Assembly (NCBI RefSeq): GCF_018977255.1
Contig: NW_024704743.1
Coordinates: forward strand, 61,878,001-61,942,000
Direction of reading: 5' to 3'
Length of the DNA stretch: 64,000 nucleotides
Source: Callorhinchus milii
Taxonomy: Eukaryota
Shown here: positions 63,020-64,000 of the stretch, in pieces
How positions within the stretch are numbered: position 1 is the stretch's first letter
Layout of the letters: each line of letters begins with the position of its first letter
The notes under the pieces: generated by a model
Told to the model about the DNA's origin: nothing
The model's input: only the letters and a program-made list of their open reading frames with translations
Database searches by the model: none
Made by a program: the position numbers and the translations under genes

Positions 63020-63722
63020 CTCTCAATCTTCTCTTTTCCAGCATGAACATGGGCGATTAGTCGCTGCTCATTGTCCAGTCCTTCCATTCTCTTAATCATT
63101 TTGGTTGCCCTCTGCTGTATCTTCTCGATTTCTCCAATATCCTTTTTGTACTGTGGTGACCAGAACTGTACACAGTACTCTTAAGTATAGTCTCACCAAT
63201 GATTTATACAGTGGCAGGATTAGCCCACTATTTTGGCTTGTTATTGATCTTTTGATACATCCCAACATCTGGTTTGCTTTACTCACTGCCATAGAGCATT
63301 GTTGGGAGAGCTTCAATTTATTGTCAATCAGGACCCCCAGGTTCTTTCCATTTCCCATACATATTATTTTCCTTCCGTTCAAATAATAGTCCCTTCCAGG
63401 ACTTTGTGTCCCCATGTGAAGCACTTTACATTTCTCCACATTAAATTTCATCTGCCACCGACTTGCCTAATTCCCAAGTATGTTCAAATCCTCCTGTAAC
63501 CTATCTTGTTCAGCTTCACAATCTACCACCTTCATTAGTTCCCAAAACAGACCCTTGTAGAACTCGAATGGTAACACTTGAGTTGATGATATTCCCTGTA
63601 CCACCACCCTCTGGGTTTTTCCGGTCAAACAATTGCATATCAATTATAATATTCCTCCACTGATTCCCGCTTTCTTTACTTTCAGTACCAGCCCCTCAAG
63701 AGGAACTGTATCAAAGGCCTTA
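63020..63722 (-). mobile_element. CR1 LINE reverse-transcriptase fragment
   Basis: KAFDTVP near 63700-63721; MKFNVEKCKVLHMG...LGVLID...KANQMLGCIKRSI...LPLYKSLVR. Confidence 0.9.
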
Positions 63723-63863
63723 CTGCGCTTTGAGATGTCGAGAAGACATGAAATTATTATTATATATGTTATTATTATATATGTTATTATTACTGAAATC
63801 CAGATACAAATCCCATTTCGTCCTGCCCGGGAATCAATAATTCAACATTTTGAATTTCCCATA

Positions 63864-64000
63864 AACAACAACAACAAGATTCCATTTATAGAGCGCCTTT
63901 CCCGTCGGGAGGACGTCCCAAGGCGCTGTACAGTTGGGTCAGGACCCGAGCAGGGGGGACATGGTCAGTGTGAGGGGAGGGAAGGGAGGGAGCGAGGAGG
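63864..64000 (-). mobile_element. Young L2 3' end running off the right edge
   Basis: Near-identical reverse complement of about 47855-47990. Confidence 0.9.

Overview
Vertebrate genomic DNA; the repeat content (tRNA-headed Deu-domain SINEs, L2 and CR1 LINEs, a Penelope-type inverted element) suggests a cartilaginous fish, which is an inference. Two paralogous polypeptide GalNAc-transferase genes lie in tandem on the minus strand. GALNT12 contributes its CpG-island promoter, exon 1 (7796-8163) and exon 2 (413-582) and continues off the left edge. Upstream of it lies an intron-containing GALNT4 (coding exons 3-10, 17833-25991); I did not find exons 1-2 in the window. Mammalian GALNT4 has a single coding exon, so this looks like the ancestral multi-exon parent still next to its sister gene. 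An ~12 kb block containing GALNT4 exons 3-7 occurs twice around a 25-N gap and is most likely an assembly artefact. The rest is intronic or intergenic: three large satellites, L2/CR1 fragments, a SINE family sharing a covarying 3' stem-loop with L2, nested insertions, MITEs, a Penelope-like hairpin with a hammerhead ribozyme core, and an Hsp70 pseudogene fragment. Protein and repeat family assignments rest on recall and hand comparison, not database searches.
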